Shown: positions 19,327 through 29,063 of the stretch, piece by piece
Layout: each line of letters starts with the position of its first letter
Numbering within the stretch: the first letter of the stretch is position 1
Assembly: GCA_001512835.1 (NCBI GenBank)
Contig: LFRQ01000063.1
Coordinates: 25,594 to 89,593 of the forward strand
Reading direction: 5' to 3'
DNA: 64,000 nt
Origin: Clostridia bacterium DTU022
GTDB lineage: Bacteria; Bacillota; Dethiobacteria; DTU022
Translations under genes and position numbers: made by a program
The notes under the pieces: model-generated
What the model saw: the letters and a program-made list of their open reading frames with translations, nothing else
What the model was told of the DNA's origin: nothing
Databases searched by the model: none

Positions 19327-21114
19327 TTACACCGAACTGCTGCTGCCGGCGGAGGATTTCGCCCAGCCGGCGCGGCCGATAAAGAAGCCCACCACCAGCA
19401 GAATGGCCATGGAAACCAGCCAGATAACCAGGAGCAGCAGGCTGACCTTGTTAAAGCCTGGCTGCAGCTCATCGCTGATCCCGGTCCCGATCTGCTCCAG
19501 CCCGGGCATGATCTTATCCACAATACCGCTCTTAAGCGATTCGATGCCGTCGAGCACACCGGTGTAGATGCCGTCAATAACCAAGCCGAGGCCGTCACTG
19601 ATGCCCGGGTCGCCGCCGGGGTTGGGGCTGAACTCGGGATTGGCCAGGCCGCGGCTGACTTTGCTCAGCCCTTCGACAATCCCTGATTCGCCGGTTGCCG
19701 CTTCGGTCTTGTTAAAACCGAAAAGCATGTTGTCCAGGCCCGGAATCATCTGGGTATCGATGCCTGTCTTCATCTCCTTGAGGCCGGGAACAACCTGAGT
19801 TTTAAGCCCGGCTACGATCTTGTCAAGGCCGGGGGTCATCTCCTGGTCGATGCCGGCATCCAGTTGCTCCAGACCGGGAATTACCTGGGTATTGAGGCCG
19901 CCAAGGATGTTGTTTAGTCCGGGAACCATCTGGGTATCCACGCCCGTCTTCATCGCCTGCAAGCCGGGTATCATATCCTTGTTGATTCCATCCAGCATCT
20001 TGTTTAGTCCGGGAACCATCTGGGTGTCCACGCCCGTCTGCATTAGGTTCAAGCCTGCGGCGATTTGTTCCAGCCCGTCTCGCAGCATCTCCGTAGCCTG
20101 GAGCAAGCCGGGATCCTCGCCCTCTAGCGGGGCGGGGTTGTTTAAAGATTTGTAGACTGTATCCAAAGCTAAAGTCGCAATTAAAATCTTCACCGCATCA
20201 GGCTGATCTGGATCTTTTACTATTCCGATAGCCGTTTCTAAAGCGGTGAGGTTATCTGCCGTCTTTTGATTAATTCTATGGATTCCGTTGATAATTGTAT
20301 CCAGCTCATCGCGAGAACCCAGCCTGGCCAGGACCTGTGCCAATCCCTGGCTAATGCCCGGCTTTTGGGGGTCGGCATTGTCCAGGCCGGCCTTAATTTT
20401 ATTCAGACCTTCCACGATGCCCGACTCCTTGTGCTCGGCTTCCGTCTTATTGAAGCCGTGCAGCACCGCGGCCAGCCCCTGGCTGATACCGGGCTTTTTG
20501 GGGTCGTCATTGTCCAGACCTTGCTTAATCAGGTTCAGACCTTCTACGATGCCCGACTCGCCATCCGTTGCCGCCTTCTTCTTAAAGCCATGGAGGATAT
20601 TGCTCAGCCCGCCGCTGACCGGGCCGGCCAGACCGTTGCGAATCGTGGAAAGACCTTCGATGATTCCAGAATCTTTGTGTTCAGCCTTTGTCTTGGTAAA
20701 GCCTAAGATCATATCTTCCATGCCGGGGCTCATCTTGTCGCTTAGGCCGGAGCGGATGTCGCCCAGCCCAGGGACAACCTGGCCGGCAAGGCCGTCGATG
20801 ATCTTGTTCAATCCCGGCAGCATTTCCGTGTCAATGCCGGTTTTCATGGTCTGCAGGTTCCCGGCGATATCTTCGTCCAGTGCGCTGCCCAGGGTGTCGA
20901 GCCCGCCCACCAGCTGCTCGTTGCCTTGCAGAAGTTCGCCTACCCCGTCCCGGATCTGCTCCGTTCCATCGTAGAGCCGACCCAAGCCGAAAAGAACAAA
21001 ACCCTTTTTATTGGCATCATCCGAAGCGGCGCCGGCAGCGGCAAAAAGAACCAGGCCAATAACCAAAGCGGCGGCAGCAGCTTTGCGGATAACCGCTTTG
21101 TTTGTGATTCTCAA
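19327..21114 (-). CDS. membrane-anchored xxxLxxG heptad-repeat protein (YhgE/Pip-like ectodomain repeats)
   Basis: A TTG start follows AAAGGAGGG. The N-terminal signal-anchor is followed by about 30 degenerate repeats of G(I/V)DTQM(V/I)PGLxx(M/I)(L/I)DG…, and there is a single C-terminal TM. Confidence 0.6.
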   Translation of the reverse strand: MRITNKAVIRKAAAAALVIGLVLFAAAGAASDDANKKGFVLFGLGRLYDGTEQIRDGVGELLQGNEQLVGGLDTLGSALDEDIAGNLQTMKTGIDTEMLPGLNKIIDGLAGQVVPGLGDIRSGLSDKMSPGMEDMILGFTKTKAEHKDSGIIEGLSTIRNGLAGPVSGGLSNILHGFKKKAATDGESGIVEGLNLIKQGLDNDDPKKPGISQGLAAVLHGFNKTEAEHKESGIVEGLNKIKAGLDNADPQKPGISQGLAQVLARLGSRDELDTIINGIHRINQKTADNLTALETAIGIVKDPDQPDAVKILIATLALDTVYKSLNNPAPLEGEDPGLLQATEMLRDGLEQIAAGLNLMQTGVDTQMVPGLNKMLDGINKDMIPGLQAMKTGVDTQMVPGLNNILGGLNTQVIPGLEQLDAGIDQEMTPGLDKIVAGLKTQVVPGLKEMKTGIDTQMIPGLDNMLFGFNKTEAATGESGIVEGLSKVSRGLANPEFSPNPGGDPGISDGLGLVIDGIYTGVLDGIESLKSGIVDKIMPGLEQIGTGISDELQPGFNKVSLLLLVIWLVSMAILLVVGFFIGRAGWAKSSAGSSSSV

Positions 21115-21616
21115 AGGTTTCCCTCCTTTCTCTTTTTATTAACAGAGGAGCATTAAAAGTCTAAGAGCAAAGTTCTAAAACTGCTTCCCCCCTTCTTGGT
21201 TTTATCATGACAATCAGGGATCTTCTGTTATATTTTTATTCGATGCTTTCATACAAATTCCTTCCAAATATTATTTATATTAAGACTATTAAAAATATAT
21301 ATTAATCTTAGCATTAATGGAAAAAGTTTGCAGGAGATTTTAGTAGGGGTGGAGATGGGGGGTAAGCCTGGCAACCGGCAATACGGCTGTACTTTGTGCC
21401 GATTTCTTGCCTTAAAGAAAACCATAAAAATCACTGGGCCTCAAGCGCGTCCAGCGTTATGAGCTTTTGCTGTGCCATTGTTATGTTGTTGGCGGCAGGG
21501 CTGGCGTTTCCTTTGCATGCGACTTTGTTAAGATTTTGCATTGGATTAAGTGGGGATGGTTATTTTACAAAGTAATTCTCCGGTATCGATTTTTCAAATT
21601 TGGCTCCTTGATGTCC

Positions 21617-21692
21617 AAAATTCAAAATTCAAGACCTGACCCTCTTGCCAGCCTAATTCAAAATTCAAGACCTGACCCCCTGCCTGACCCCC
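21617..21692. repeat. two and a half REP-like copies (AATTCAAAATTCAAGACCTGACCCCC)
   Basis: They are in forward orientation. Copy 2 and the partial copy 3 encode the last residues (QGVRQGVRS*) of the minus-strand membrane protein. Confidence 0.6.
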
Positions 21693-23140
21693 TGCCGGCG
21701 CAGCATTACTACCAGGAACCAGGCCAGGAGAAGGAGGCCTCCGTAAGCGGCGAAAAAGCCCAGGCTGGTCCACAGGTAGCGCAGGGGCTGCTGCAGCAGG
21801 TGGCCGGTGAGGGGGAAGTTGACAAATATAAATAGCGGCAGGCCGAGGAGCAGGGAAAGGGGGGCGGCAGCGGCTGCATCCACGGCGGCGGGGGTTTCCA
21901 GGCGCGGATCGACGGCGCGCACCAGGGCCAGGCTTGAGGCGATATTACCGGTTACCAGCCCGAATACGGCCGCGGTGCGCTCCGCGGCGAAGTCGCCGTG
22001 GAGGCGGGGGGAGATAAACCAGACCAGAGCCATGAGGCCTGCGCCGCAGAGCAGGGAGAGCACCAGGACCTCCACCCAGTATTCACGCACCAGAACCAGG
22101 GGAATGGAGGCCACGGCCCCGGCAACCAGGAAATCCACCATGGCCCCGGAGATGCGGGCGAACAGGCCGGTGTCAAAGAGGTGGCCGAGTTCCATCCAGT
22201 CTATTACCTTCCTGGCCAGGAAAGCAATCAGGAGAGCGACGGCAAAGCTGTAGCTCCACAGGATCCCGCTGGCCAGTTCCCCGCTCTCGCCCAAGCGGGC
22301 GAGTAGGAGCGAAAGCCGGTGAAGCAGTTCATAGGTGAGGAGGAAAACAATCCCGATCAGGGCCAGGTGAAGGGTAAAGGACTCGATTCCTTCCACGGCG
22401 GTAGTCAGGTGTCCGGCCACCGGCTTCTTCTCCTCGCGGGAAAGAAGGCCCAGCAGCACCGATCGGCTGGCCACCCTTTGGGACCCTTTTTTCCGGCGCA
22501 GCAGGAAGACCAGAACCGCTCCCCCGAGATAAGCCCAGAGAAAACCGGCAGTGCCGAAGGAAAAACCGGTCCAGCCGCCGGCTGTAAAGCCCAGCTGCTC
22601 CCACTGCAGGCCGAAATTGGCGGCGATGAGGTGATCCAGGCCGAAACCCAGCAGGGGCAGCATGGAGAAAGAAGGAAAGAAATCGGGCCGCAGTGCTGCT
22701 ATCCAGGCCAGGGTGAAGGCGATGCCGAGCAAGGCCAGCAGTGTGTAGCTTTTACAGACAGCCAGCAAGGTGGTGATGATCCCCTCGCCGTGCCGGTAGC
22801 GCGGTTTTTGCAGGCCGAAGACAATAAACACCCCCGTCAGCAAGTGGTGCACCACGGTGTTCAGATGGTCATGGGAGAGGGCGATGAGGCCGCAGACTTG
22901 CCGGTCCAGCAGAAGAAGGATTAGGCCGGCAATTAGCGCGTTGGGGAGAAACAAGCGCTGCAGAAAGGAGAGCTGCCGGCGCAGGAAGGTGGCGGCAGCC
23001 AGGCCGCAGCCGAGATAAGCAAATACCAAAACTGCATCCCAGGAGATAAAAGTGGACAGTTCCAAGGGAGCACCTCTCTTTTCCATGCCGCTCTGGTCCA
23101 AATGTTTACGGCTGTCCTTTTCCCTTGTTGTCTCCGCCAT
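21665..23140 (-). CDS. polytopic membrane protein, putative transporter; function unassigned
   Basis: About 12 hydrophobic helices. The start is uncertain: ATG 23140, or more plausibly TTG 23065 after AGAGAGGTG. The 3' end runs into the REP copies. Confidence 0.55.
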   Translation of the reverse strand: MAETTREKDSRKHLDQSGMEKRGAPLELSTFISWDAVLVFAYLGCGLAAATFLRRQLSFLQRLFLPNALIAGLILLLLDRQVCGLIALSHDHLNTVVHHLLTGVFIVFGLQKPRYRHGEGIITTLLAVCKSYTLLALLGIAFTLAWIAALRPDFFPSFSMLPLLGFGLDHLIAANFGLQWEQLGFTAGGWTGFSFGTAGFLWAYLGGAVLVFLLRRKKGSQRVASRSVLLGLLSREEKKPVAGHLTTAVEGIESFTLHLALIGIVFLLTYELLHRLSLLLARLGESGELASGILWSYSFAVALLIAFLARKVIDWMELGHLFDTGLFARISGAMVDFLVAGAVASIPLVLVREYWVEVLVLSLLCGAGLMALVWFISPRLHGDFAAERTAAVFGLVTGNIASSLALVRAVDPRLETPAAVDAAAAAPLSLLLGLPLFIFVNFPLTGHLLQQPLRYLWTSLGFFAAYGGLLLLAWFLVVMLRRQGVRQGVRS

Positions 23141-23395
23141 TGAAAAAGTTCCGCCGCTTTAGCTGCAAGGGGCAAGTTCCGGCGTGGCAAACCGACCCGG
23201 CAAGAAGGAACTTGCTTGCCCGGCTCCAGGGGATAGTACCGACGATCGTTGCCGACGCTGCAGCTTCTTCTGAGGAATGGACCCTTCTTCGTTCCGAGGG
23301 CATTTGGGCGGCGACTGGTGACTTTTCCTTGCACATATACTGTAATTGGTATGTCATTATTTGTCAATAAATAATTTTCTGATATTTCCGGTAAT

Positions 23396-23545
23396 GTGTG
23401 CCTGGAGCGGCGGCATGTGTACCTGGAGTGGTGGGATGTGAGCCAGGAGGGTAGCATGGGTACCTGGAGTGGCGGCATGGGTGCCTGGAGCGGTGACATG
23501 CGTGCCTGGAGTGGCGGCAATGCCTTGCCTGGAATGGCCATGGCA
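23396..23545. repeat. seven tandem copies of the 21-nt unit GTGTGCCTGGAGYGGCGGCAT
   Basis: The array is seen in sequence and lies in the divergent intergenic region between the membrane-protein gene and the phosphodiesterase-family gene. Nucleotide conservation exceeds amino-acid conservation of the overlapping ORF. Confidence 0.7.
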
Positions 23546-23670
23546 GCTTCTCCTATTTATGGGCTGCCGGTAGGGAAGAGGAGGCGGCAGGAAATGCGAT
23601 CTCCCCCGCGAATAGTTCTAGATAAATATCCAAATTTCATCCTGGAAGGCTATGAGGAGGCATAATCCAG

Positions 23671-25386
23671 GTGAGAAAAAAAAGATGGACCGTCTGGTTT
23701 TTGATCTGGGTCGCGGCCCTTGCCGCGGGCCTGGGAGCCCTGGCTTACACCCATTTTAAACTGGAGCGGGCGGGCTCCCCCTTCGGCCAGAACCCGGTCC
23801 TGGAAGAAGAGATCAGCCCATTTACGGAGCCCATGGCCCAGAATGTCTACCTAATTTTAATCGACGGCATGCGGGCGGACTCGCTGCCGGATATGCCCTT
23901 TGTGCAAAGCCTGGCGGACATGGGCAGCAGCGGGGTGATAGTGGTGGAGGAGCCCACCTTTTCCCGGCCGGCTTATGCCCGCATTATTACCGGGGCCAGT
24001 TCCTCCATCAGCAATATCAAAACCAACGATCAAGCCCGGAAATTAAACCTGCCCAACCTCTTCGACCTGGCCCGCTTCTCCGGCTTAAAAACGGGCGGCT
24101 CGCTATACTACTGGTTTTACGAGTTGGTAGTGGGCCCCCCGTACCGGACGGGGGACAGCCACGAGAACCGCTTTTTTCATGATGAAGAGATGCCCCTTCA
24201 ATCGGGCTATTTTTATGACGATTTCAATTACCAATATAATGACCGGGAGATTTTTGAATACGGAATCCGGATCATGCGCGACTACAACCCCAACTTCCTG
24301 GTGGTGCACACCATGGAGCTGGACATGGCCGGGCACAATTACGGGGGCGCCTCCCCGAAATACCGGGAGATCCTGCGCATGAACGACCGGCAGATTCAGG
24401 AGTTTGTCCAGGCGATCCCGGATCCGGAAAATAGCGTGGTCATCATCACCGGCGACCACGGCCATATCGATGCCGGGGGACACGGAGGTCCGGAAAAGGA
24501 GGCCTCCCGGGTCCCCCTGGTCATTTTCGGCAAAGGCGTAAAAAAGGGCGCCTTGCCCCAGTACTCCCAGCTGGACCTGGCTCCCACTATTGCCGCCATC
24601 CTGGGGATGCCCTTCAGCCGCTACATGGCCGGGAGCATCATGGAGGAGGCTTTTGACTGGACCGAAGCGGTGCTGGCTGAAAAGAGGGAACTGTTAAAGA
24701 CGACCCATGCCGGCTTTGTGCAGGAGCTTTATGCCCAATTGGGGCTGGAGGAAGCCGTTGACGGCGAAGCTACGGTGGCCGCCGCCCTGGATCGGGTGAG
24801 GGCGGAAACCATAAAGCGGCGGGTCCTGGTGGCCGTCATTCTGCTCCTCCTTCTGGGAGGGGCCCTGGTGTTCGGGCTTGGCCTGCACCGGAGGGAGCGG
24901 CGGGCGAAGCTTTTCCGGGGGTCGAGGGTCATGCCGGCCCAGGCCTTGCTCTCCACCGCCCTCTATGCCGCCGTTTTCCACCTGGTCTTCTACGGCATCG
25001 GGCTGGGCTACTCCTTCAGCAAGCTTAATACCGTTGCTCACCTGGCCGTCAAGATGCCCCTGGCCGTCCTGGCCAGCTACCTGGTTCTTCTGGCCCTGGT
25101 GCTGCTTCTCTCCAGGTTTAAGGCGAACTTCCGCATCTACGCCCGGCATACCGGCTTCATTATGGTCTTCCTGGCGGCCCTGATTTTGGGGGGCGCCCTG
25201 CTCCAGGGGGACAAAGGTTTCATCCTGCCGGATTACCGCTATTACATGTTGACCTTTTTCTCCTCTCTCCATTTGGCCCTTTTTGCCCTCTTTTCCCTGC
25301 TGGGAGGCGGAATCATGCTTCTGTTGAATAGATTTAAAGGCAAAGGGGCGGCGGAAGGGGAGGCGACCCCCACCCCTGAGGATTAG
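23671..25386 (+). CDS. alkaline-phosphatase-superfamily (type I phosphodiesterase/nucleotide pyrophosphatase-like) protein with N- and C-terminal membrane regions
   Basis: Metal-site motifs are present (LILIDGMRAD, ITGDHGHIDAGGHG). A GTG start follows GAGGAGG. The C-terminal ~200 aa are hydrophobic. Confidence 0.7.
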   Translation: MRKKRWTVWFLIWVAALAAGLGALAYTHFKLERAGSPFGQNPVLEEEISPFTEPMAQNVYLILIDGMRADSLPDMPFVQSLADMGSSGVIVVEEPTFSRPAYARIITGASSSISNIKTNDQARKLNLPNLFDLARFSGLKTGGSLYYWFYELVVGPPYRTGDSHENRFFHDEEMPLQSGYFYDDFNYQYNDREIFEYGIRIMRDYNPNFLVVHTMELDMAGHNYGGASPKYREILRMNDRQIQEFVQAIPDPENSVVIITGDHGHIDAGGHGGPEKEASRVPLVIFGKGVKKGALPQYSQLDLAPTIAAILGMPFSRYMAGSIMEEAFDWTEAVLAEKRELLKTTHAGFVQELYAQLGLEEAVDGEATVAAALDRVRAETIKRRVLVAVILLLLLGGALVFGLGLHRRERRAKLFRGSRVMPAQALLSTALYAAVFHLVFYGIGLGYSFSKLNTVAHLAVKMPLAVLASYLVLLALVLLLSRFKANFRIYARHTGFIMVFLAALILGGALLQGDKGFILPDYRYYMLTFFSSLHLALFALFSLLGGGIMLLLNRFKGKGAAEGEATPTPED

Positions 25387-25676
25387 GGCGGCCCGCTGCC
25401 GGAGCGCTATCCCCGCCTCCAAGGTAGACGGGAAACAACCGGGAAAATAATCGGTGGTTCGCATAACCGGGGGTTCGATGGATAAGCGGTCGGGAAAGCG
25501 GCGGGCGGACCTACGCAGCCGGAGGCGAAGAACCGGCCTGCCGCCGCCGGCACAGGCGGCGCCGGTCTCGGCCCGGGCGACTTCCCGCAGTCGGGGAAGA
25601 TGCTCCGGCCGGCCCGTTTATCTTGCTTGCTTTTCTTTAATGCTTAGGAGAGATAATTAGAGAGGGGAGTTGCTGC

Positions 25677-26762
25677 ATGGACCAGGTAAAGATCGGTTTC
25701 ATCGGGACCGGACTTATCGCCACCACCCACATGATTTTTATACGCCAGATCATGGAGACGCTGCCCGAGGGGAAGCGGATATCCCTGGGCAAGGTTTTTG
25801 ATCTGGACCGGGACAAGGCCGGCACCTTTGCTGAAATACATGGTTTTTCGGCCGCCGTTGAAGAGGTGGAGGAGCTGCTGGAGGATCCCGACATAAACAC
25901 CGTTTATATCTGCACTCCCACCGCATTTCACAAGGAATACTTTTTGCGGGCGGCGGCGGCGGGGAAGCACATTTTCATGGAGAAGCCGCTGGCCTTTTAT
26001 CCCGAGGATATCCGGGAGATGGAGGCCGCCCGGGAGAAAGCCGGAATCCAGGTGCAGGTGGGGCTGGTGCTCCGCTATGAACCTGTTTTCTGGTTTCTGC
26101 AGGAGTTGATGCAGAAGGAAAAAGAACGGCTCGGCTCCCTGCTGAGTTTTATTTTCCGCACCGATCAGGAGTGGCCCATTACCGGTTCGGCGCATGATTC
26201 CGCCTGGCGCTCCGACCGGAGCCTGGCCTACCGGGGATGCCTCTTCGAGCACTCCATCCACGACCTGGATCTATTGCTCAGCTTTTTTGGGGACTACAAG
26301 GGGGTAGCGGCCCGCATCGGCTACCGCTCCCGGCTGGCCCGGGAAAGCGGCATCGAAGACCTGGCGACGGTGTTGCTCAGCTTCGAAAACGGGGTCTCCG
26401 GCAACTTGACCAGCATCTTTCACCGCATCAAGGGGAGGGATGTGCGCCGCCTGGAGCTTATCTTCGAAGGGGGAGCCGTGGTTTTGGATGGATACGACCT
26501 GGTTTTGCCCGAGCGGTTCCGTTCCTTTACCGTGGAATTCTCCGAGGAGGAGAAGATGGAATTCTCCTTGGGCGAGATCGAGGAGCAATACCGGTGGCGC
26601 CACCCCCAGCTTCCAGAAAACACCTGGCTGTTTCCCTACCTTCTGCAATCCCTGGCTTTTTTCCGGAGCCTGCTGGAGGGCCGGGCTCCCCGCCCCGGCC
26701 TGGCCGAAGGCCGGAAAGTTCACGATCTTCTTGAAGCCATTTACCAATCGGCCCAGGAATAA
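25677..26762 (+). CDS. Gfo/Idh/MocA family NAD(P)-dependent oxidoreductase
   Basis: A Rossmann motif (IGFIGTGLIA) and the EKP motif (IFMEKPLAF) are present. Confidence 0.85.
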   Translation: MDQVKIGFIGTGLIATTHMIFIRQIMETLPEGKRISLGKVFDLDRDKAGTFAEIHGFSAAVEEVEELLEDPDINTVYICTPTAFHKEYFLRAAAAGKHIFMEKPLAFYPEDIREMEAAREKAGIQVQVGLVLRYEPVFWFLQELMQKEKERLGSLLSFIFRTDQEWPITGSAHDSAWRSDRSLAYRGCLFEHSIHDLDLLLSFFGDYKGVAARIGYRSRLARESGIEDLATVLLSFENGVSGNLTSIFHRIKGRDVRRLELIFEGGAVVLDGYDLVLPERFRSFTVEFSEEEKMEFSLGEIEEQYRWRHPQLPENTWLFPYLLQSLAFFRSLLEGRAPRPGLAEGRKVHDLLEAIYQSAQE

Positions 26763-27063
26763 CCCGCTTTCGCAGGGACGCTGCCGGAATAGGGCGGTTT
26801 TGTCCAGCTGGAATTAGCTGAAATGACAGGCCCGGACCTTCTTGGTCCGGGCTTATAGATCAGGATTAAAGCCTCGATAATTATCATAATATAATAATCA
26901 TGTAATAATCTGCAAAAATTTCATTGATATCCCAATAGGGCTGTGCTAAAATAAAAACGGTTGCCTACAAGAATTTACAATTTTCGCTGCAATGCCTCAA
27001 CCTTAGACCATCCCTAATTCTTAGTGCAACCGGAGCAACAAAATTTTTAAGGAGGTATGGCCA

Positions 27064-27384
27064 GTGTCGTACGATGTTATCGTGGGAAGGTTAAAGGAGA
27101 GCGTGGGGTCAATTGATCCGGCCAAGATCAGCGGGGCAAACGGAGTATTCCAGTTTAATCTCTCGGGCGACAACGGCGGCAGCTTCTATGTCAAGATTGC
27201 CGACGGGAAAGCCGAGCTGGGGGAGGGGACCTACGACAATCCTGATGTGACCATCTCGGTTTCCGCAGATAACCTTTTGAAAATGATGGAGGGTAAATTA
27301 AACGGGACGACCGCTTTTATGACCGGCAAGCTGAAGGTTAAGGGGAATATGGCCTTGGCCATGAAACTGCAGGCCTTGATGTAG
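27064..27384 (+). CDS. small SCP2 domain protein
   Basis: 106 aa, with an SCP2-type C-terminal motif (FMTGKLKVKGNMALAMKLQ). Confidence 0.65.
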   Translation: MSYDVIVGRLKESVGSIDPAKISGANGVFQFNLSGDNGGSFYVKIADGKAELGEGTYDNPDVTISVSADNLLKMMEGKLNGTTAFMTGKLKVKGNMALAMKLQALM

Positions 27385-27485
27385 CCGGTTTAGCCGGCCC
27401 CTATGGCGCGGGCCTGTATGGAGAGAGCGACGGGAAGTGATCGTTTTATGAATCGAGAATCCAGCAGAAGAAAGGAGACTTAAGG

Positions 27486-27872
27486 ATGGCCGGTTACCAG
27501 TCAGCAGAAGAGGCACGGAAGGTTCTCCAGAAGTTAATCGATCTGGCCAAGGAAGACCAGTCGATCAAGGAAGGGGCCGCGGGGACTGAATTGACGGTCT
27601 CTTTTGAATTGATGGACCTGGACCTGGTCTTCAACCTGAGTTTTATCGACGGCCAGGTGGACGGTTTTATCGGAGAACCGGAAGAGGAGCCGATGGTAAC
27701 CCTGAGCATGGACAGCGAAGTCCTGGACAGCATCTTCTCGGGAGAGATGGATGCTGCTTCGGCGGCCATGTCCGGCGACTTAAGCTTTAGCGGCGATGTA
27801 GGCAACGCCATGGGCTTGCAAATTCTGATGAACGACTTCGTCAGGCTTTACCAGGAGGCCCGTTCAGCCTAA
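27486..27872 (+). CDS. small SCP2-like domain protein
   Basis: 128 aa, with an acidic, SCP2-like tail (MSGDLSFSGDVGNAMGLQ). Confidence 0.55.
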   Translation: MAGYQSAEEARKVLQKLIDLAKEDQSIKEGAAGTELTVSFELMDLDLVFNLSFIDGQVDGFIGEPEEEPMVTLSMDSEVLDSIFSGEMDAASAAMSGDLSFSGDVGNAMGLQILMNDFVRLYQEARSA

Positions 27873-27878
27873 ACAGAT

Positions 27879-28078
27879 TGGTGCCTGGCACGTCAACTTT
27901 GTCAACTTGATCGAATATTCTGATAATATGTGCCTGGGCCGGCAACTTGGATAACTTTTTGTTTCCGCCACCGGGGGCCTTCTTGCGGCCCCCCTTTATT
28001 TTGGTGCCTGGCACGTCAACTTTGTCAACTTGGTAGAAAATTCTGAAAAATGGTGTCAGGACCGGCAACTTGGTCAAT
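27879..28078. repeat. two direct copies of a ~78-bp unit, each carrying three CAACTTG motifs, separated by a terminator
   Basis: The copies are at 27879-27957 and 28003-28078. Each contains GTCAACTTtGTCAACTTG…GGCAACTTGG. They lie upstream of iolB. Confidence 0.7.
27973..28002 (+). terminator. rho-independent terminator
   Basis: The hairpin GGGGGCC ttcttgc GGCCCCC is followed by CTTTATTTT. Confidence 0.6.
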
Positions 28079-28191
28079 CTTATTTTTAGGCCGGCTGCCG
28101 TTGTAGCATAGTGGAAGATATGCTAAGATTAACCTGAAATATTAAGGGATAGCGGGTCCGTTGCCGTCGTTTACCCACTGGAGGCTTCGAG

Positions 28192-29019
28192 ATGTCCAAT
28201 CTAAAGTATAGCCTCCCGGCACCCAGGGACGGCTTTCAGACTGTGGTCAAGCCCGGAGATTCGGGGTTGAAATATATCCATTTCGGGCTCCTTTACCTGA
28301 AAGGCGGGGGAGAGTGGTCGGCGGCTGCCGACGGCAAGGAAGCGGTCTTCCTGCTGCAGGGGGGAGGCGGCCGCGTCCGTGTGGAGGAGAACTCCGGGGC
28401 GGAGATGGTGTTCCTGCTTCTTCCCCGGAGAAGCCTTTTTCATGAGAAGCCCAGCCTGGTCTATTTTCCTCCGGACACTAAGTTTACGATTGCGGCGGGG
28501 CCGGAAGGGCTTTCTGGCGCCTATATTGAAGCCCCTGCCCGGCACCGCGGGGTTCCTTTTCACGTCACCCCGGACCTGCTTACGCAGCAGACGGTCGGGG
28601 AGGCCAATTGGCAGCGCTTCGTCACCCTGGCTACGATCCCGGAGTGCGGCGCCCGGAAGCTGATTGTCGGGGAGACCATCAACCCGCCGGGGAATTGGTC
28701 CAGCTACCCTCCCCACAAGCATGACACCCTGGTGCCGGAGGTGGAGGTGCCCATGGAGGAGGTATATCACTACCGCTTTTCACCCCCCGGGGGCTTTGCG
28801 ATTCAGCGGGTATACGATCCCCCCGGAGGCGGTGAGCGCCTGGAAGAGGTGGCGGTGGTTGAGGAGGGGGACAGCATGGTTCTGCCCCGAGGCTACCACC
28901 CGGTGGTAGCTGCGCCCGGCTACAGCCTCTACTATCTCTGGGTTTTGGCCGGGGAGGAGAATAGCTACGGGGCCTGGAGCGACGATCCCGCCCACAAGTG
29001 GATTCTTCAAAACAGATAA
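28192..29019 (+). CDS. iolB: 5-deoxy-glucuronate isomerase (IolB/KduI cupin family)
   Basis: 275 aa with the IolB-type motif GETINPPGNWSSYPPHKHD. No other iol genes are nearby. Confidence 0.65.
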   Translation: MSNLKYSLPAPRDGFQTVVKPGDSGLKYIHFGLLYLKGGGEWSAAADGKEAVFLLQGGGGRVRVEENSGAEMVFLLLPRRSLFHEKPSLVYFPPDTKFTIAAGPEGLSGAYIEAPARHRGVPFHVTPDLLTQQTVGEANWQRFVTLATIPECGARKLIVGETINPPGNWSSYPPHKHDTLVPEVEVPMEEVYHYRFSPPGGFAIQRVYDPPGGGERLEEVAVVEEGDSMVLPRGYHPVVAAPGYSLYYLWVLAGEENSYGAWSDDPAHKWILQNR

Positions 29020-29063
29020 TAGGGAACAGATAATGGGGAACAACTTAGCGGGAGGGTTTAGGC

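Noticed and set aside
23396-23665. ORF encoding WSGG-type heptapeptide repeats as a real small protein
   Set aside because: The nucleotide units are far better conserved than the encoded heptapeptides, and the first three units encode unrelated residues. It is more parsimonious as a DNA tandem repeat.
25440-25480. tRNA-like T-loop fragment (GGGGGTTCGATGG)
   Set aside because: No acceptor or anticodon stems can be built around it. It is an isolated GTTCGA match only.
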